A stretch of 64,000 nucleotides of DNA from Thermodesulfobacteriota bacterium (GTDB lineage Bacteria; Desulfobacterota_D; UBA1144; Nemesobacterales; UBA2774), in assembly GCA_965216785.1 (NCBI GenBank), contig OZ244197.1, forward strand, positions 1,344,001 through 1,408,000. The letters are read 5' to 3'. The position numbers and the translations under genes were made by a program. Below the pieces are notes generated by a model. That model saw only the letters and a list, made by a program, of their open reading frames with translations. It searched no databases and had not been told where the DNA came from. This document shows positions 52,594-62,850 of the stretch, piece by piece (position 1 is the first letter of the stretch; the number at the start of each line of letters is the position of its first letter).

Positions 52594-54732
52594 TTAAGCA
52601 GCGGTTTTTTTCTCGATAAGTAAGTTCAGAATATCCCGAGCGGCGTCTGAAATGACTGTACCGGGGCCGAAAATAGCTGTAACGCCGGCTTTATAGAGGT
52701 AATCGTAATCTTTTTTGGGTATCACTCCCCCGATCACGACCATTATGTCGTCCCTTCCCACATCACTTAGCTCCTTAACGAGCTCCGGCACCAGGGTTTT
52801 GTGGCCCGCGGCGAGGCTGGATACGCCTATTACGTGTACGTCGTGCTCTACAGCCTGACGTACTGCCTCAAGCGGGGTTTGGAACAGAGGGCCGATGTCT
52901 ACGTCGAACCCAAGGTCCGCAAAGCTCGTGGCTATGACCTTTGCGCCTCTGTCGTGTCCGTCCTGGCCCATTTTGGCAACGAGTATCCTTGGTCTTCTGC
53001 CCTCTATCGCGTCAAATTCATCGGACAGCTCACGCGCCCTTTTAAAGCTCTTGTCCTCGGATAATTCGGAGGAGTAAACGCCGGATATCGTCTTAATCGA
53101 TGCTTTATAGCGCCCGAACACTTTCTCGCAGGCATAGGATATTTCTCCGAGCGTAGCCCTTTTTCGAGCGGCCTCTACGGATAGCTCAAGCAAATTGCCC
53201 TCACCCGTCTCGGCGCACTTTGTTATAGCGTCCAAGGCCTTATGTACGGCCTCATTGTCTCTTTCTTCTCTCAGCTTCTCAAGCCGCGCAATCTGAGAGT
53301 TCCTCACCTGGGTGTTATCTATTTCTAGTATCTCGATCTCGCTTTCTTCCTCAACCTGGTATTTGTTCACGCCTACAATCGTTTCCTGCCCCGAGTCTAT
53401 GTGCGCCTGCTTTCTGGCCGCGGCCTCTTCGATCCTCATTTTCGGAAGCCCCGTGTCTATGGCCTTGGCCATGCCGCCAAGCTCCTCAACCTCTTGAATA
53501 AGCTCCCATGCCCTCTGCGCGATCCTGTCCGTAAGGTACTCGACATAGTAAGAGCCCGCCCAGGGATCTACGGAGCGGCATATGTTCGTTTCTTCCTGAA
53601 GATAAATTTGAGTATTTCTCGCTATACGCGCGGAGAAATCGGTAGGGAGCGCTATTGCTTCGTCAAGGGCGTTTGTGTGGAGCGACTGTGTACCCCCGAG
53701 CACCGCCGCGAGCGCCTCTACGCATGTCCTGACGGCGTTATTGAACGGGTCCTGCTCGGTAAGGCTCCACCCAGAGGTCTGGCAGTGGGTCCTTAGAGCA
53801 AGGGATTTAGGGTTTTTAGGGTTAAACTCTTTAATGAGCTTTGCCCACAGCATCCGGGCAGCCCTCATTTTCGCGATCTCCATGAAGTGGTTCATCCCGA
53901 TGCCCCAGAAAAAGGAGATGCGGGGAGCAAAATCGTCTATGTCCATGCCGGCTTTAATGCCCGCCCTTACGTACTCGAGCCCGTCCGCCAGGGTGTAGGC
54001 AAGCTCGATGTCAGAAGAGGCCCCGGCCTCCTCCATGTGATAGCCGCTTACGCTGATTGAGTTGAATTTTGGCATGTTCTCTGAGGTGTACTTGAATATG
54101 TCGGCGATGATTCTCATCGAGGGTTCAGGTGGGTAAATGTAGGTATTCCTGACCATAAATTCTTTTAATATGTCGTTTTGAATGGTGCCGTTAAGCTCTT
54201 TTGCAGGGACTCCCTGCTCCTCAGCGGCCACGATGTAAAAGGCCATAACCGGCAGTACCGCGCCGTTCATGGTCATTGACACCGATGTCTCCCCAAGCGG
54301 AATCTGGTCGAAAAGAACTTTCATGTCCAAAATCGAATCGATTGCGACACCCGCTTTACCCACATCTCCCGGCACGCGCTCGTGGTCTGAGTCATAGCCC
54401 CTGTGAGTGGGCAGATCAAACGCCACCGACAGCCCTTTTTGCCCTGCGGCCAGGTTCCTGCGGTAAAAAGCGTTTGATTCCTCGGCAGTGGAGAACCCGG
54501 CGTACTGCCTTATGGTCCAGGGCCGGGTTACGTACATCGAGGAGTAGGGCCCGCGCAGAAAGGGCGCTATACCGGCTGCGTAGTGTAGATGATTGAGCCC
54601 TTGAGTGTCGTTTTCTGTGAATACGGGCGCAACGGGTATGGCCTCGGGCGTAATCCATTTTTCGTTTGCATTGTCCCAAGGCTTGCTCTTAATATTTCGG
54701 GTGATATCTATTTTTGAGAAGTCGGGTCTCAT
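52594..54732 (-). CDS. scpA: methylmalonyl-CoA mutase, large (B12-binding) subunit
   Basis: WTIRQYAGF and GQDGHDRG. Confidence 0.97.
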   Translation of the reverse strand: MRPDFSKIDITRNIKSKPWDNANEKWITPEAIPVAPVFTENDTQGLNHLHYAAGIAPFLRGPYSSMYVTRPWTIRQYAGFSTAEESNAFYRRNLAAGQKGLSVAFDLPTHRGYDSDHERVPGDVGKAGVAIDSILDMKVLFDQIPLGETSVSMTMNGAVLPVMAFYIVAAEEQGVPAKELNGTIQNDILKEFMVRNTYIYPPEPSMRIIADIFKYTSENMPKFNSISVSGYHMEEAGASSDIELAYTLADGLEYVRAGIKAGMDIDDFAPRISFFWGIGMNHFMEIAKMRAARMLWAKLIKEFNPKNPKSLALRTHCQTSGWSLTEQDPFNNAVRTCVEALAAVLGGTQSLHTNALDEAIALPTDFSARIARNTQIYLQEETNICRSVDPWAGSYYVEYLTDRIAQRAWELIQEVEELGGMAKAIDTGLPKMRIEEAAARKQAHIDSGQETIVGVNKYQVEEESEIEILEIDNTQVRNSQIARLEKLREERDNEAVHKALDAITKCAETGEGNLLELSVEAARKRATLGEISYACEKVFGRYKASIKTISGVYSSELSEDKSFKRARELSDEFDAIEGRRPRILVAKMGQDGHDRGAKVIATSFADLGFDVDIGPLFQTPLEAVRQAVEHDVHVIGVSSLAAGHKTLVPELVKELSDVGRDDIMVVIGGVIPKKDYDYLYKAGVTAIFGPGTVISDAARDILNLLIEKKTAA

Positions 54733-56603
54733 TCCACTCTCACCGCCTTCTGATATTTTCTTAGCGTCTCCAGAATGTTCGAGCGTACGTGTATAAAATC
54801 GTCAACGCCCGCCTGTTTCAATTCTTCTATGTGTTCCTTGGGGTTCCCGGCGATAATTATGTGAATGTCGCTGTCATGTGCTTTTAGCTTTTCACATATT
54901 GCGGGGGTTATATCCGGATACTCTTTATCCGAGCTGCAAATAACTACTATGCCAGAGCCGCTTTTAATAGCGGCTTCAATGCCCTCTTCCATACTGTCAA
55001 ACGCACCCTTATCGATGACCGTGAAGCCTCCGCAGCCGAAAAAGTTCGCGGAGAATCCCGCCCTAGCCGTCCTCATTGCCGCGTTCCCGACTGGCAGGAG
55101 GAAAACACTCGCACCGCTCTCATGGTTTTCCGTAGCCATGCGGAGCTTCTCAAAAGCCTCGGCTCCGCGGTAGGGTTTCAAGGGTTTTATTTCGAATTTA
55201 GTATTATCTCTAACAGTACCGGTAAGCTGAGTTTTGGGAGCTTGCTCGCTCAAGTCAGGATATCTGTTTACACCTAGTAAAGTCGCCCGGCCCGTTTCCA
55301 GGTCTTCGTCTTTTGAGCTGCGGGTTTCCTCTATCCTATCCTGTATTAATCCGGATTTTAACGCCTCTATTAGTCCCCCTGCCTTCTCCACTTCCAAAAA
55401 CAGCTCCCAGGCGGCCTGTATCAAACTGTCCGTCAGGTTCTCTATGTAGTATGAGCCTGCTGAAGGGTCTATTACTCTGTCTATGTAGGACTCGTTCTTA
55501 AGTATAAGCTGGGTGTTCCTCGCCATTCTTCGGGTGAATTCCCCGGGTTTTTCATAGGCTGAATCAATAGGGGATATATGTACCGTATCGCTCCCGCCAA
55601 TGGTCGCTGCCATCGCTGCCACAGTGCCGCGCAGCATGTTCGTGTAAGGGTCATAAACAGTTTGGTTCCATCCGGAGGAGACAGTCTCGATGCTCATTTT
55701 GCCTTCATTACAACCGTACTGCTCCATTAATACAGCCCATAGGTATCTTGCCGCTCTTAGTTTCGCTATTTCCATAAAATAGTCAGAGCCGATTGAGAAA
55801 GAAAAACCCATGTGCCCCGCTATTTGCTCAGGCGTTAGGCCCATAGAGGTGAGCCTGTCCATGTACTCAACTCCGGAGGCAAGTGAGAACGAAAGCTCCT
55901 GTACCGCCGAGGCTCCCGAGTCGCCGAATATCTCCCCGTGTACTGTAAGTCCTTTAAAACCGGGCATTTGCTCGCTCACACAGGATATAACCGGTTTCAG
56001 CTCGTCGAATTTAGAAGGGTTGTAGGTCCCGCTTAGCATCAGCTCGCCGATGGGGTTCGTATCGACAGAGCCTCTCAGATCAATCAGGCTGATGCTTCTA
56101 TTCAATGCTTCGCTGCTAAGTAAATCCAGTATTGCCATTGCCGCAGCGCCGCACTTAAAATGGACAGGAACCTCGTCTATCTGTATGTCTTTTAAAAGCG
56201 CCGCCATATCGGCCTTATTCTCTATGGGCACGCCGCTTGTACCGCTTTCTTCGCTCCTGCATACGAAAGTAAGTGACTGAGCGCCCATTCGGAGACTTTC
56301 GAGAGCGGATTTATTCGCAGCTTCGATATTGGCCTCTGATATGTACTCATTAATATTCCACTCATTATTCCCGGCTTCCGTACCCCTCGTGTAGGGGAAC
56401 TGCCCGGGGGCGGAGTCCGTAAGATATGCGAGCTGCTGCAGGTCTTCCTGTGTATAGAACGGCTCCACAGTGAACCCCTCGTAGGGCTTCCACCGAAGCG
56501 TATCAAGGCTGCGGCCCTTAATATCTTTTTCGATTTGCTCCTTCCACTGCTCAGAAGAGACCGGGGGGAACTCGGAAAATAAATTTTCTTTGTCTTCGGG
56601 CAT
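54729..56603 (-). CDS. mutA: methylmalonyl-CoA mutase, small subunit
   Basis: PYTRG, EIAKLRA.R, NMLRGT, DP.AGSYYIE; no DxHxxG motif; overlaps the large-subunit start. Confidence 0.92.
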   Translation of the reverse strand: MPEDKENLFSEFPPVSSEQWKEQIEKDIKGRSLDTLRWKPYEGFTVEPFYTQEDLQQLAYLTDSAPGQFPYTRGTEAGNNEWNINEYISEANIEAANKSALESLRMGAQSLTFVCRSEESGTSGVPIENKADMAALLKDIQIDEVPVHFKCGAAAMAILDLLSSEALNRSISLIDLRGSVDTNPIGELMLSGTYNPSKFDELKPVISCVSEQMPGFKGLTVHGEIFGDSGASAVQELSFSLASGVEYMDRLTSMGLTPEQIAGHMGFSFSIGSDYFMEIAKLRAARYLWAVLMEQYGCNEGKMSIETVSSGWNQTVYDPYTNMLRGTVAAMAATIGGSDTVHISPIDSAYEKPGEFTRRMARNTQLILKNESYIDRVIDPSAGSYYIENLTDSLIQAAWELFLEVEKAGGLIEALKSGLIQDRIEETRSSKDEDLETGRATLLGVNRYPDLSEQAPKTQLTGTVRDNTKFEIKPLKPYRGAEAFEKLRMATENHESGASVFLLPVGNAAMRTARAGFSANFFGCGGFTVIDKGAFDSMEEGIEAAIKSGSGIVVICSSDKEYPDITPAICEKLKAHDSDIHIIIAGNPKEHIEELKQAGVDDFIHVRSNILETLRKYQKAVRVE

Positions 56604-56776
56604 ATCTGGCTCACTTTAAATAGCCTAATAATAATAAAGAAAAGTGAAACCGTTGCAAGAGCTTTGGATTTATCATTACCAGCCGAAGTATCAATAGTTA
56701 TTTTCTTCCGATATGAATTTGTCATATTTTGTGTTAAGATGGCTCTAGCAAATTTATTTAAGAGAGGAGCAAAAGG

Positions 56777-57718
56777 ATGAATAAACTTATAACAGCTACC
56801 ATAATAGCTGTAGCCATTAGTTTTGCATACACAGAATTGACTCAGGCGGTCTGTGTTGAAGGACCCGCGGATACTTTTACATGTAACACCGACCCGCCAA
56901 ACCCTGATCTAGGCGGTGTTCAAGCAAGTATCGCAAACGATGTAACTGTGAACGTCTTGCCGGATGCCGAGATTAACACTCAAGGGCAGCCTGGGAATTT
57001 AGACGCCATTAGAACAGGAAATGGAAGTGATGATATAACGATTACAGGCGGAGCTGTGAGGGCCGAAGATGTAGGTGTAAACTCCGGTAACAATAATGAT
57101 ACGGTTAAAGTTGTCGATAGTATAGTAAGCGCTTTGGAAAGAGCCATAGATCCGGGTAACGGGGCAGATACGGTAATGGTTGAAGATTCTGAAATTACAT
57201 GTGATGAAGAGGATTGTATACATACCGGCAATGGGGAAGACGTTGTGATGGTTAACGGTTCTCTGGTGACGGGTCTTAGCGGTGATGGAATAGAAACTGC
57301 TAACCAGGACGATCAGGTTACTATAAGTGACTCTATAATCACAGGCGACGTCGGGTTCTTTGCCGTCGACCTTGGAAATGGTGACGATACCCTCACTATA
57401 GGGACCGGGGCTGTTCTAAATAACGGAATAGATTGCAGGGATGATTTCGATACACTCATTTTCGCCATGGAAGTGCCCGAAGAAGCGGTTGCTTTCATCT
57501 CTTCAGAACTCGCAGGCAAAGACCCGGCGGGTGACAGTATTACAATTAACAACATTTTTTACCAGTGGCAGGAATGCGAGGTTATCGTAAGCCAGCTTGT
57601 GGGAGTGCCGAATGTAAGGCCTATCCCGACCCTGTCGGAGTGGGGGCTTATCGCTATGGCGGGAGTGCTGGGGTTTGCAGGGTTACTTGTAGTTCGTAGA
57701 AGACAAGCGGCTGCTTGA
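56777..57718 (+). CDS. IPTL-CTERM surface protein with GxGxDx(I/V) beta-solenoid repeats
   Basis: Signal peptide, repeated GNG.D.(I/V), RPIPTLSEWG + TM helix + RRR. Confidence 0.88.
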   Translation: MNKLITATIIAVAISFAYTELTQAVCVEGPADTFTCNTDPPNPDLGGVQASIANDVTVNVLPDAEINTQGQPGNLDAIRTGNGSDDITITGGAVRAEDVGVNSGNNNDTVKVVDSIVSALERAIDPGNGADTVMVEDSEITCDEEDCIHTGNGEDVVMVNGSLVTGLSGDGIETANQDDQVTISDSIITGDVGFFAVDLGNGDDTLTIGTGAVLNNGIDCRDDFDTLIFAMEVPEEAVAFISSELAGKDPAGDSITINNIFYQWQECEVIVSQLVGVPNVRPIPTLSEWGLIAMAGVLGFAGLLVVRRRQAAA

Positions 57719-57751
57719 AAAGATTTACTCGATGGTAATAAATATGAATAG

Positions 57752-57778
57752 AAAAAAGGGAGCTTCGGCTCCCTTTTT
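57752..57778 (+). terminator. intrinsic terminator, GGGAGC-TTCG-GCTCCC family
   Basis: Hairpin and T-tract after the IPTL gene. Confidence 0.85.
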
Positions 57779-57904
57779 ACGTGCGCTCGGACAGTAGCAC
57801 GGCACGCTTCGCATCAATTAGTAAGCGCCGGATTTATAAGGTATTGCGCTTAGGCCTGTCCTCCCCCTTGTCCGACATACTTACAACCCATATAATATAG
57901 TCCG

Positions 57905-58579
57905 ATGAGCGAAAAAGCGGTGATAATAGTATCGGGCGGAATTGACAGTACGACCCTTCTATACAAAACACTTATTAAGGGCCACGAGGTTAACACCTTG
58001 ACCTTTCTTTACGGCCAGAGGCACGTTAAAGAGGCTGAGTACGCAGAGAATATATGCTTGAATCTCGGCGTGCCGCATAAAACCGTCGATCTGTCCTCTA
58101 TGAAAGAGCTCCTTTCCGGCTCGGCTCTCACGGACTCCTCTGTAGATGTGCCAGAGGTGCCGGAGACGGCCGAGCACCACGATACCCTTCAGGCGACTAT
58201 TGTGCCCAACCGTAACGCTATTTTCCTTTCGGTAGCCATCGGTTACGCTGTCAGCATAGGGGCTGAGAACGTCTATTTCGGCGCCCATTTCTCTGACCGG
58301 GGAGTATATCCTGACTGCCGCAGCGAATTTGTAGACGCGTTTCAAAGCGCTGAGAGACTCGCTACCGACATACAGGGGCTTACTATAAAAGCGCCGTTTG
58401 TGGACAGCGATAAATCCGAGATTGTAAAGCTGGGCCAAGAGCTCGGCGTGCCGTTTCAGGACACGTGGACCTGCTATAAGGGCGGGGAGCTTCACTGCGG
58501 CGCGTGCAGCTCTTGCAGGGAGCGTAAGAGAGCGTTTTCAGATTCCGGCGTTCCCGACCCCACAGAGTACGAGACATGA
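57905..58579 (+). CDS. queC: 7-cyano-7-deazaguanine synthase
   Basis: SGGIDS, YGQRH, VPNRN, YPDCR, CG.C.SC..R. Confidence 0.96.
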   Translation: MSEKAVIIVSGGIDSTTLLYKTLIKGHEVNTLTFLYGQRHVKEAEYAENICLNLGVPHKTVDLSSMKELLSGSALTDSSVDVPEVPETAEHHDTLQATIVPNRNAIFLSVAIGYAVSIGAENVYFGAHFSDRGVYPDCRSEFVDAFQSAERLATDIQGLTIKAPFVDSDKSEIVKLGQELGVPFQDTWTCYKGGELHCGACSSCRERKRAFSDSGVPDPTEYET

Positions 58580-59217
58580 AGATTAGCGAGATATTTTATT
58601 CAATTCAGGGCGAGGGGATTGAAATGGGGATGCCGACCGTTTTTGTAAGGCTATTTGCCTGTGATCTCAGGTGCTCGTGGTGTGACACGATGTACGCCGT
58701 AGAGGGAAGGGATTTTACGGAGGTGCCGGTAGACGAAGTTATTGAGCGCGTTGGGAAATGGGACTGCAGGCGTGTATGTATTACAGGGGGCGAGCCCCTA
58801 ATACAGCGTGAGGAGGTCTCGACGCTTGCCCAAGAGCTAATAGATAGAGGCTACCGCATCCTTCTTGAAACAAGCGGCCACAAGATGCCCCCCGATGTGT
58901 TCTGGGGTGAGGGCTCTGTCATCAGTATGGACTGCAAGTGTCCGGGTTCGGGCATGAACGAGCGGATGGACTTTACGCTCTACCCAAAGCTCCGCGCGGG
59001 CGACCAGCTCAAGTTCGTAATACAGGATGAGGCGGACTATGAATACGCGCGGGGCGTAGTAGATAAGCATGATATTAAAGCCCATATTGTTTTTCAGCCT
59101 GCCGGGGGTCTTGGGATAGGGTGGATAAGCGAGAGGGCCATGAAGGATAATCTTTCAGGCGTAAGGGTTCTGCCCCAGCTCCATAAAATTATATGGGGTG
59201 ACAAAAGGGGTGTATAG
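58576..59217 (+). CDS. queE: 7-carboxy-7-deazaguanine synthase (radical SAM)
   Basis: EIFYSIQGEG, CDLRCSWCDT, TGGEP, QLHK. Confidence 0.95.
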   Translation: MKISEIFYSIQGEGIEMGMPTVFVRLFACDLRCSWCDTMYAVEGRDFTEVPVDEVIERVGKWDCRRVCITGGEPLIQREEVSTLAQELIDRGYRILLETSGHKMPPDVFWGEGSVISMDCKCPGSGMNERMDFTLYPKLRAGDQLKFVIQDEADYEYARGVVDKHDIKAHIVFQPAGGLGIGWISERAMKDNLSGVRVLPQLHKIIWGDKRGV

Positions 59218-59367
59218 TATAAACTATACTCGTTGGCGGGATTTATTTTTAATCCCTCACATGTTATAATCGTTAACCCAACAGTTAAGGTTGGAACCTG
59301 AGTTTTTTAAATTAAATAGCTGTATTTGAGCGGGGGCGAGAGGTAAGAGCGGAGGTTTTATATAAAT

Positions 59368-60264
59368 ATGGAAACAGTAAAGAAAAACATGGATATTTCA
59401 GAAATGGATCAGGAGCAGTACAATTATGAGCCGTTTGCTGATACGGAAGAGTACAAGAAGGTAAACACTGACTGTATTCACAGCTGGGTCGAGATAATGA
59501 AGAGAAAGGGCGTGAGCAGTATTGAAGCGCTCCTAGACGTGGCGACCGGCGCGGGCACTATGGTTCAGATTGTATTCGACAACCTGCCGGATAGCTGGAA
59601 AACGGCTGCTGTCATGTGCCTTGACCAGTCATCGGAAGCCCTTAAACTGGCCCAATCGAGATTGGAAAAAACTGTAGGTAAACTGAAAATGGTTCATTCC
59701 TCCATCGAAGAAATGACGATTCCGGACCAGAGCGTAGATATTGCGGTCTGGGGAAACGGTATACACTATCTGACAGAGGACGACCAGTTGGACAGCATAA
59801 AGCGCATCAAGAAAGCGCTTAAACCCGGCGGGCTGCTGTTCTTCAATACCGCGTTTTATGAGGAGGCTAGGCCTCCGGACACATTGCCCTTTTACCGCAC
59901 ACAGGTAAAGAACGCGGTCCATTACTTAAAAGAGCGGGGCGTCAGGCGTGATAAAGACGGCCTGTCGGCTAATGAAGCTTCAAAGTTCCTTCCGAAGTCA
60001 TATTACGAGGAATTGGTCGAAAAGGCCGGTTTCAAGCTCGTTGAGGCTTCTGAATTCACTTTGGAAATGCACAGAGAGGCCTGGGAGTATATAAGCGCTT
60101 TTCAGCAGTACGCTGCGGGAGCGCTGAGAGGATACCCGATAGATGAAGCGATCGAAGCTATGAGGGGTTCAGTGGAGCCGGCTCTTGAGCAGCATGGCCG
60201 TCCCGACAGTGACGGAGAGCTCTTCATCCCGCGTAAATGGCTCGCTATAAGCGCCGAGGCCTAA
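59368..60264 (+). CDS. class I SAM-dependent methyltransferase
   Basis: LLDVATGAG and LKPGG. Confidence 0.85.
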   Translation: METVKKNMDISEMDQEQYNYEPFADTEEYKKVNTDCIHSWVEIMKRKGVSSIEALLDVATGAGTMVQIVFDNLPDSWKTAAVMCLDQSSEALKLAQSRLEKTVGKLKMVHSSIEEMTIPDQSVDIAVWGNGIHYLTEDDQLDSIKRIKKALKPGGLLFFNTAFYEEARPPDTLPFYRTQVKNAVHYLKERGVRRDKDGLSANEASKFLPKSYYEELVEKAGFKLVEASEFTLEMHREAWEYISAFQQYAAGALRGYPIDEAIEAMRGSVEPALEQHGRPDSDGELFIPRKWLAISAEA

Positions 60265-60268
60265 GGGC

Positions 60269-60400
60269 GTCATTGCGAAAGAGCGCAGCGAACGAAGCAA
60301 TCTCCCGCAACATTCTCTAACACCTGAGCATATCATTCCAGAATACTTCTATCAGGATTCCAAGCTCGGCTGTCATTGCGAGCAAAGCGAAGCAATCCCC
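60269..60400. repeat. REP-like palindromic elements between convergent genes
   Basis: GTCATTGCGA...CGAAGCAATC occurs twice (60269-60304, 60372-60400). Confidence 0.75.
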
Positions 60401-60476
60401 AACAGTAATTCGTACGAACTACCTATCTACAGAGTAATTATTAGAAGGGAAACCACGCAGTCCGGCCCGCGCGCTC

Positions 60477-61826
60477 TTACATCAGGTTGTAGTAGTCAAG
60501 ACCCAGGTGGGTTATCAGCTCTTCGCCCTTTAGGTAGCGGAGAGTATTCTTGAGCTTCATGAGCTGAATAAATACATCGTGCTCGGGGTAAAGCCCCTCG
60601 CCGTACATCGGGCTCTTGAAGTAGAAAGAAAGCCACTCCTGTATGCCGTCTAGCCCAGCCCTTTGGGCCAAGTCCAGAAACAGCACAAGGTCGAGCACAA
60701 TCGGAGCCGCCAGGATGCTGTCGCGGCAAAGGAAGTTCACTTTTATCTGCATCGGGTAGTTAAGCCAGCCGAATATGTCGATGTTGTCCCAGGCTTCCTT
60801 TGCGTCCCCTCTCGGAGGATAGTAATTAATCCTCACCTTGTGGTAAACGTCCGAGTACAGATCGGGATGAAGGTCAGGCTGGAACAGATGCTCCAGCACG
60901 CTGAGCTTGCTCTCTTCCTTTGTTTTGAAGGAATAGGGGTCGTCCAGTACCTCGCCGTCTCTGTTGCCTAGGATGTTTGTTGAGAACCAGCCGCTAAGCC
61001 CTATCATTCTGCTCTTGAGCCCGGGGGCCAGTATGGTTTTCATCAGTGTCTGACCGGTTTTGAAGTCCTTTCCGGCCAGAGGAACGTTATTCTTTTTCGC
61101 AAGCTTTATGAGCGCGGGTACGTCCGCTGAGAGGTTCGGCGCTCCGTTCGCGTAGGGTACGCCGCACTTGATAGCCGCATAGGCGTAAATCATGCTGGGC
61201 GGTATGCCGGGGTGGTTATTCTTAAGTCCGTCTTCAAATGACTTAACGGAAGAGTGAACGGATTCACCTTGTATATATACTTCAGTGCTCCCGCACCATA
61301 CCATTACCAGGCGCTCTACTCCGCTTTCTTTTTTGAAATTTTTAATGTCTTCGATCAGTGCTTTGGCAAGGTCCATTTTGGTCTTGCCTTTCTTTAAGTG
61401 TTTACCGTCTAGGTTCTTTACATATTTCCTGCTGAAAACAGCGGGCATGGGGCTTGTTTGTGTAAGCGTATCCCTGAGATCTTCCACAAGCTCTTTATCG
61501 AGCACTCCCGCCTTTAAACATGCCTCATAACAGTTGTCTTTAAATATGTCCCAACCCGCAAACACCAGATCATCTAATTCAGCGAGCTTTATAAATTCCT
61601 TAATTAGCGGGGATTTCTTTTCGGTTCTCTTGCCGAGCCTGATCCTGCCCATCTGGGTAAGTGATCCCACGGGTTTCCCCAAGCCCTTCTTTATAGCCTC
61701 TACACCTGCGATAAACGTAGTGCTTACGGCTCCGCTCATTCCGGGGAGAAGCACACCCAGCTTGCCTTTAGCAGGCGCAATTTTCTTTTTCTTAGTACTT
61801 ATGGACTTCTTTTTAGTTGTAGCCAA
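60477..61826 (-). CDS. ino1: myo-inositol-1-phosphate synthase
   Basis: GWD, GKDFKTGQT..K, NILGNRDG, DSILAAP..LD, SFYFKSP; TTG start. Confidence 0.95.
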   Translation of the reverse strand: MATTKKKSISTKKKKIAPAKGKLGVLLPGMSGAVSTTFIAGVEAIKKGLGKPVGSLTQMGRIRLGKRTEKKSPLIKEFIKLAELDDLVFAGWDIFKDNCYEACLKAGVLDKELVEDLRDTLTQTSPMPAVFSRKYVKNLDGKHLKKGKTKMDLAKALIEDIKNFKKESGVERLVMVWCGSTEVYIQGESVHSSVKSFEDGLKNNHPGIPPSMIYAYAAIKCGVPYANGAPNLSADVPALIKLAKKNNVPLAGKDFKTGQTLMKTILAPGLKSRMIGLSGWFSTNILGNRDGEVLDDPYSFKTKEESKLSVLEHLFQPDLHPDLYSDVYHKVRINYYPPRGDAKEAWDNIDIFGWLNYPMQIKVNFLCRDSILAAPIVLDLVLFLDLAQRAGLDGIQEWLSFYFKSPMYGEGLYPEHDVFIQLMKLKNTLRYLKGEELITHLGLDYYNLM

Positions 61827-61834
61827 TGTGGTGA

Positions 61835-62227
61835 TTACCTCTTTGAGAACTGCTGTCCGCGTCTCGCTTTTCTGAGTCCGTATTTCTTTCTTTCTACCAT
61901 CCTCGGATCTCTTTTCAGCTGACCTGCGGATTTAAGAGGTTGCCTGTTAGACTCGTCCGCTTTTAGGAGCGCTCTGGCAATGCCGTGCCTTACCGCGCCG
62001 GCCTGTCCCGTAAGCCCTCCGCCCTTGACGTCGACCAGTACGTTGAACTTACCTTTGGTCTGCGTTGTATCCAGCGGCTCGAGCGCGTGCACTCTCCAGC
62101 TGTCGCGTGGAAAGTACTCTTCGGGAGTGCGTTTGTTTATGGTTATCTTGCCGTCTCCTTCGCGGAGCCATACACGGGCAATGGATGTTTTTCTTCTTCC
62201 TGTACCGTAGTGGTTAACTTCAGCCAT
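61835..62227 (-). CDS. rpsI: 30S ribosomal protein S9
   Basis: GTGRRK, GGG..GQAGA, ERKKYG, QFSKR. Confidence 0.98.
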   Translation of the reverse strand: MAEVNHYGTGRRKTSIARVWLREGDGKITINKRTPEEYFPRDSWRVHALEPLDTTQTKGKFNVLVDVKGGGLTGQAGAVRHGIARALLKADESNRQPLKSAGQLKRDPRMVERKKYGLRKARRGQQFSKR

Positions 62228-62235
62228 ATTATCTA

Positions 62236-62664
62236 TTATACCTCCAGTATCTCAGGCTGCTGGGGAGCATGTGGGTGCTCGCCCCCTGCGTATACTTTCA
62301 AGCGTTGAATTAGTTTGTCCTGCCATTTGTTTTTGGGAAGCATTCCCCAAACGGCTTTCTTTAGTATTTCCTCTGGTTGTTTCTCAAGCAGCTTCTCTGC
62401 CGTTATATCTTTAATCCCACCAGGATGATTGCTGTGGCTGTAATATGTCTTCTGACTCCACTTATCTCCTGTGAATACTACTTTTTCGGCATTGACTACT
62501 ATAACGAAGTCCCCTAAGTCCGCGTGCGGTGTAAACTCGGGCTTTTCCTTTCCTCTCAGAATCGTTGCGATCCTGGTAGCAATGCGCCCGACTGTTTTTC
62601 CGTCTGCGTCAATCAGGTACCATTTTTTATCGAAATCCTGGCTTCTAGCCATGTAACTCTTCAT
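62236..62664 (-). CDS. rplM: 50S ribosomal protein L13
   Basis: LRGK.KP.FTPH.D.GD, GMLPKN, HPH..Q.P. Confidence 0.98.
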   Translation of the reverse strand: MKSYMARSQDFDKKWYLIDADGKTVGRIATRIATILRGKEKPEFTPHADLGDFVIVVNAEKVVFTGDKWSQKTYYSHSNHPGGIKDITAEKLLEKQPEEILKKAVWGMLPKNKWQDKLIQRLKVYAGGEHPHAPQQPEILEV

Positions 62665-62850
62665 TTTCTGCCTCTTATTCTTGGAAGTAAACCATTCAAT
62701 TTACCGTCTTAGCAGGGATTGTCAAGCTTTTTTAATAATAATGCAAAGCAGTTTTGCCATATTATCCGCTTAATTGGTCTCGGGTCCGAATAATGATATA
62801 ATCTTGCGGTAATTTAATCAATAAACCTATCTTAATAATGGAATCGTACT

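Noticed and set aside
57905-60264. queC-queE-methyltransferase as a 7-deazaguanine DNA modification island
   Set aside because: No dpdA/tgt-like or dpdB-K genes, and the methyltransferase is separated by 150 bp with its own SD. Ordinary queuosine synthesis is simpler.
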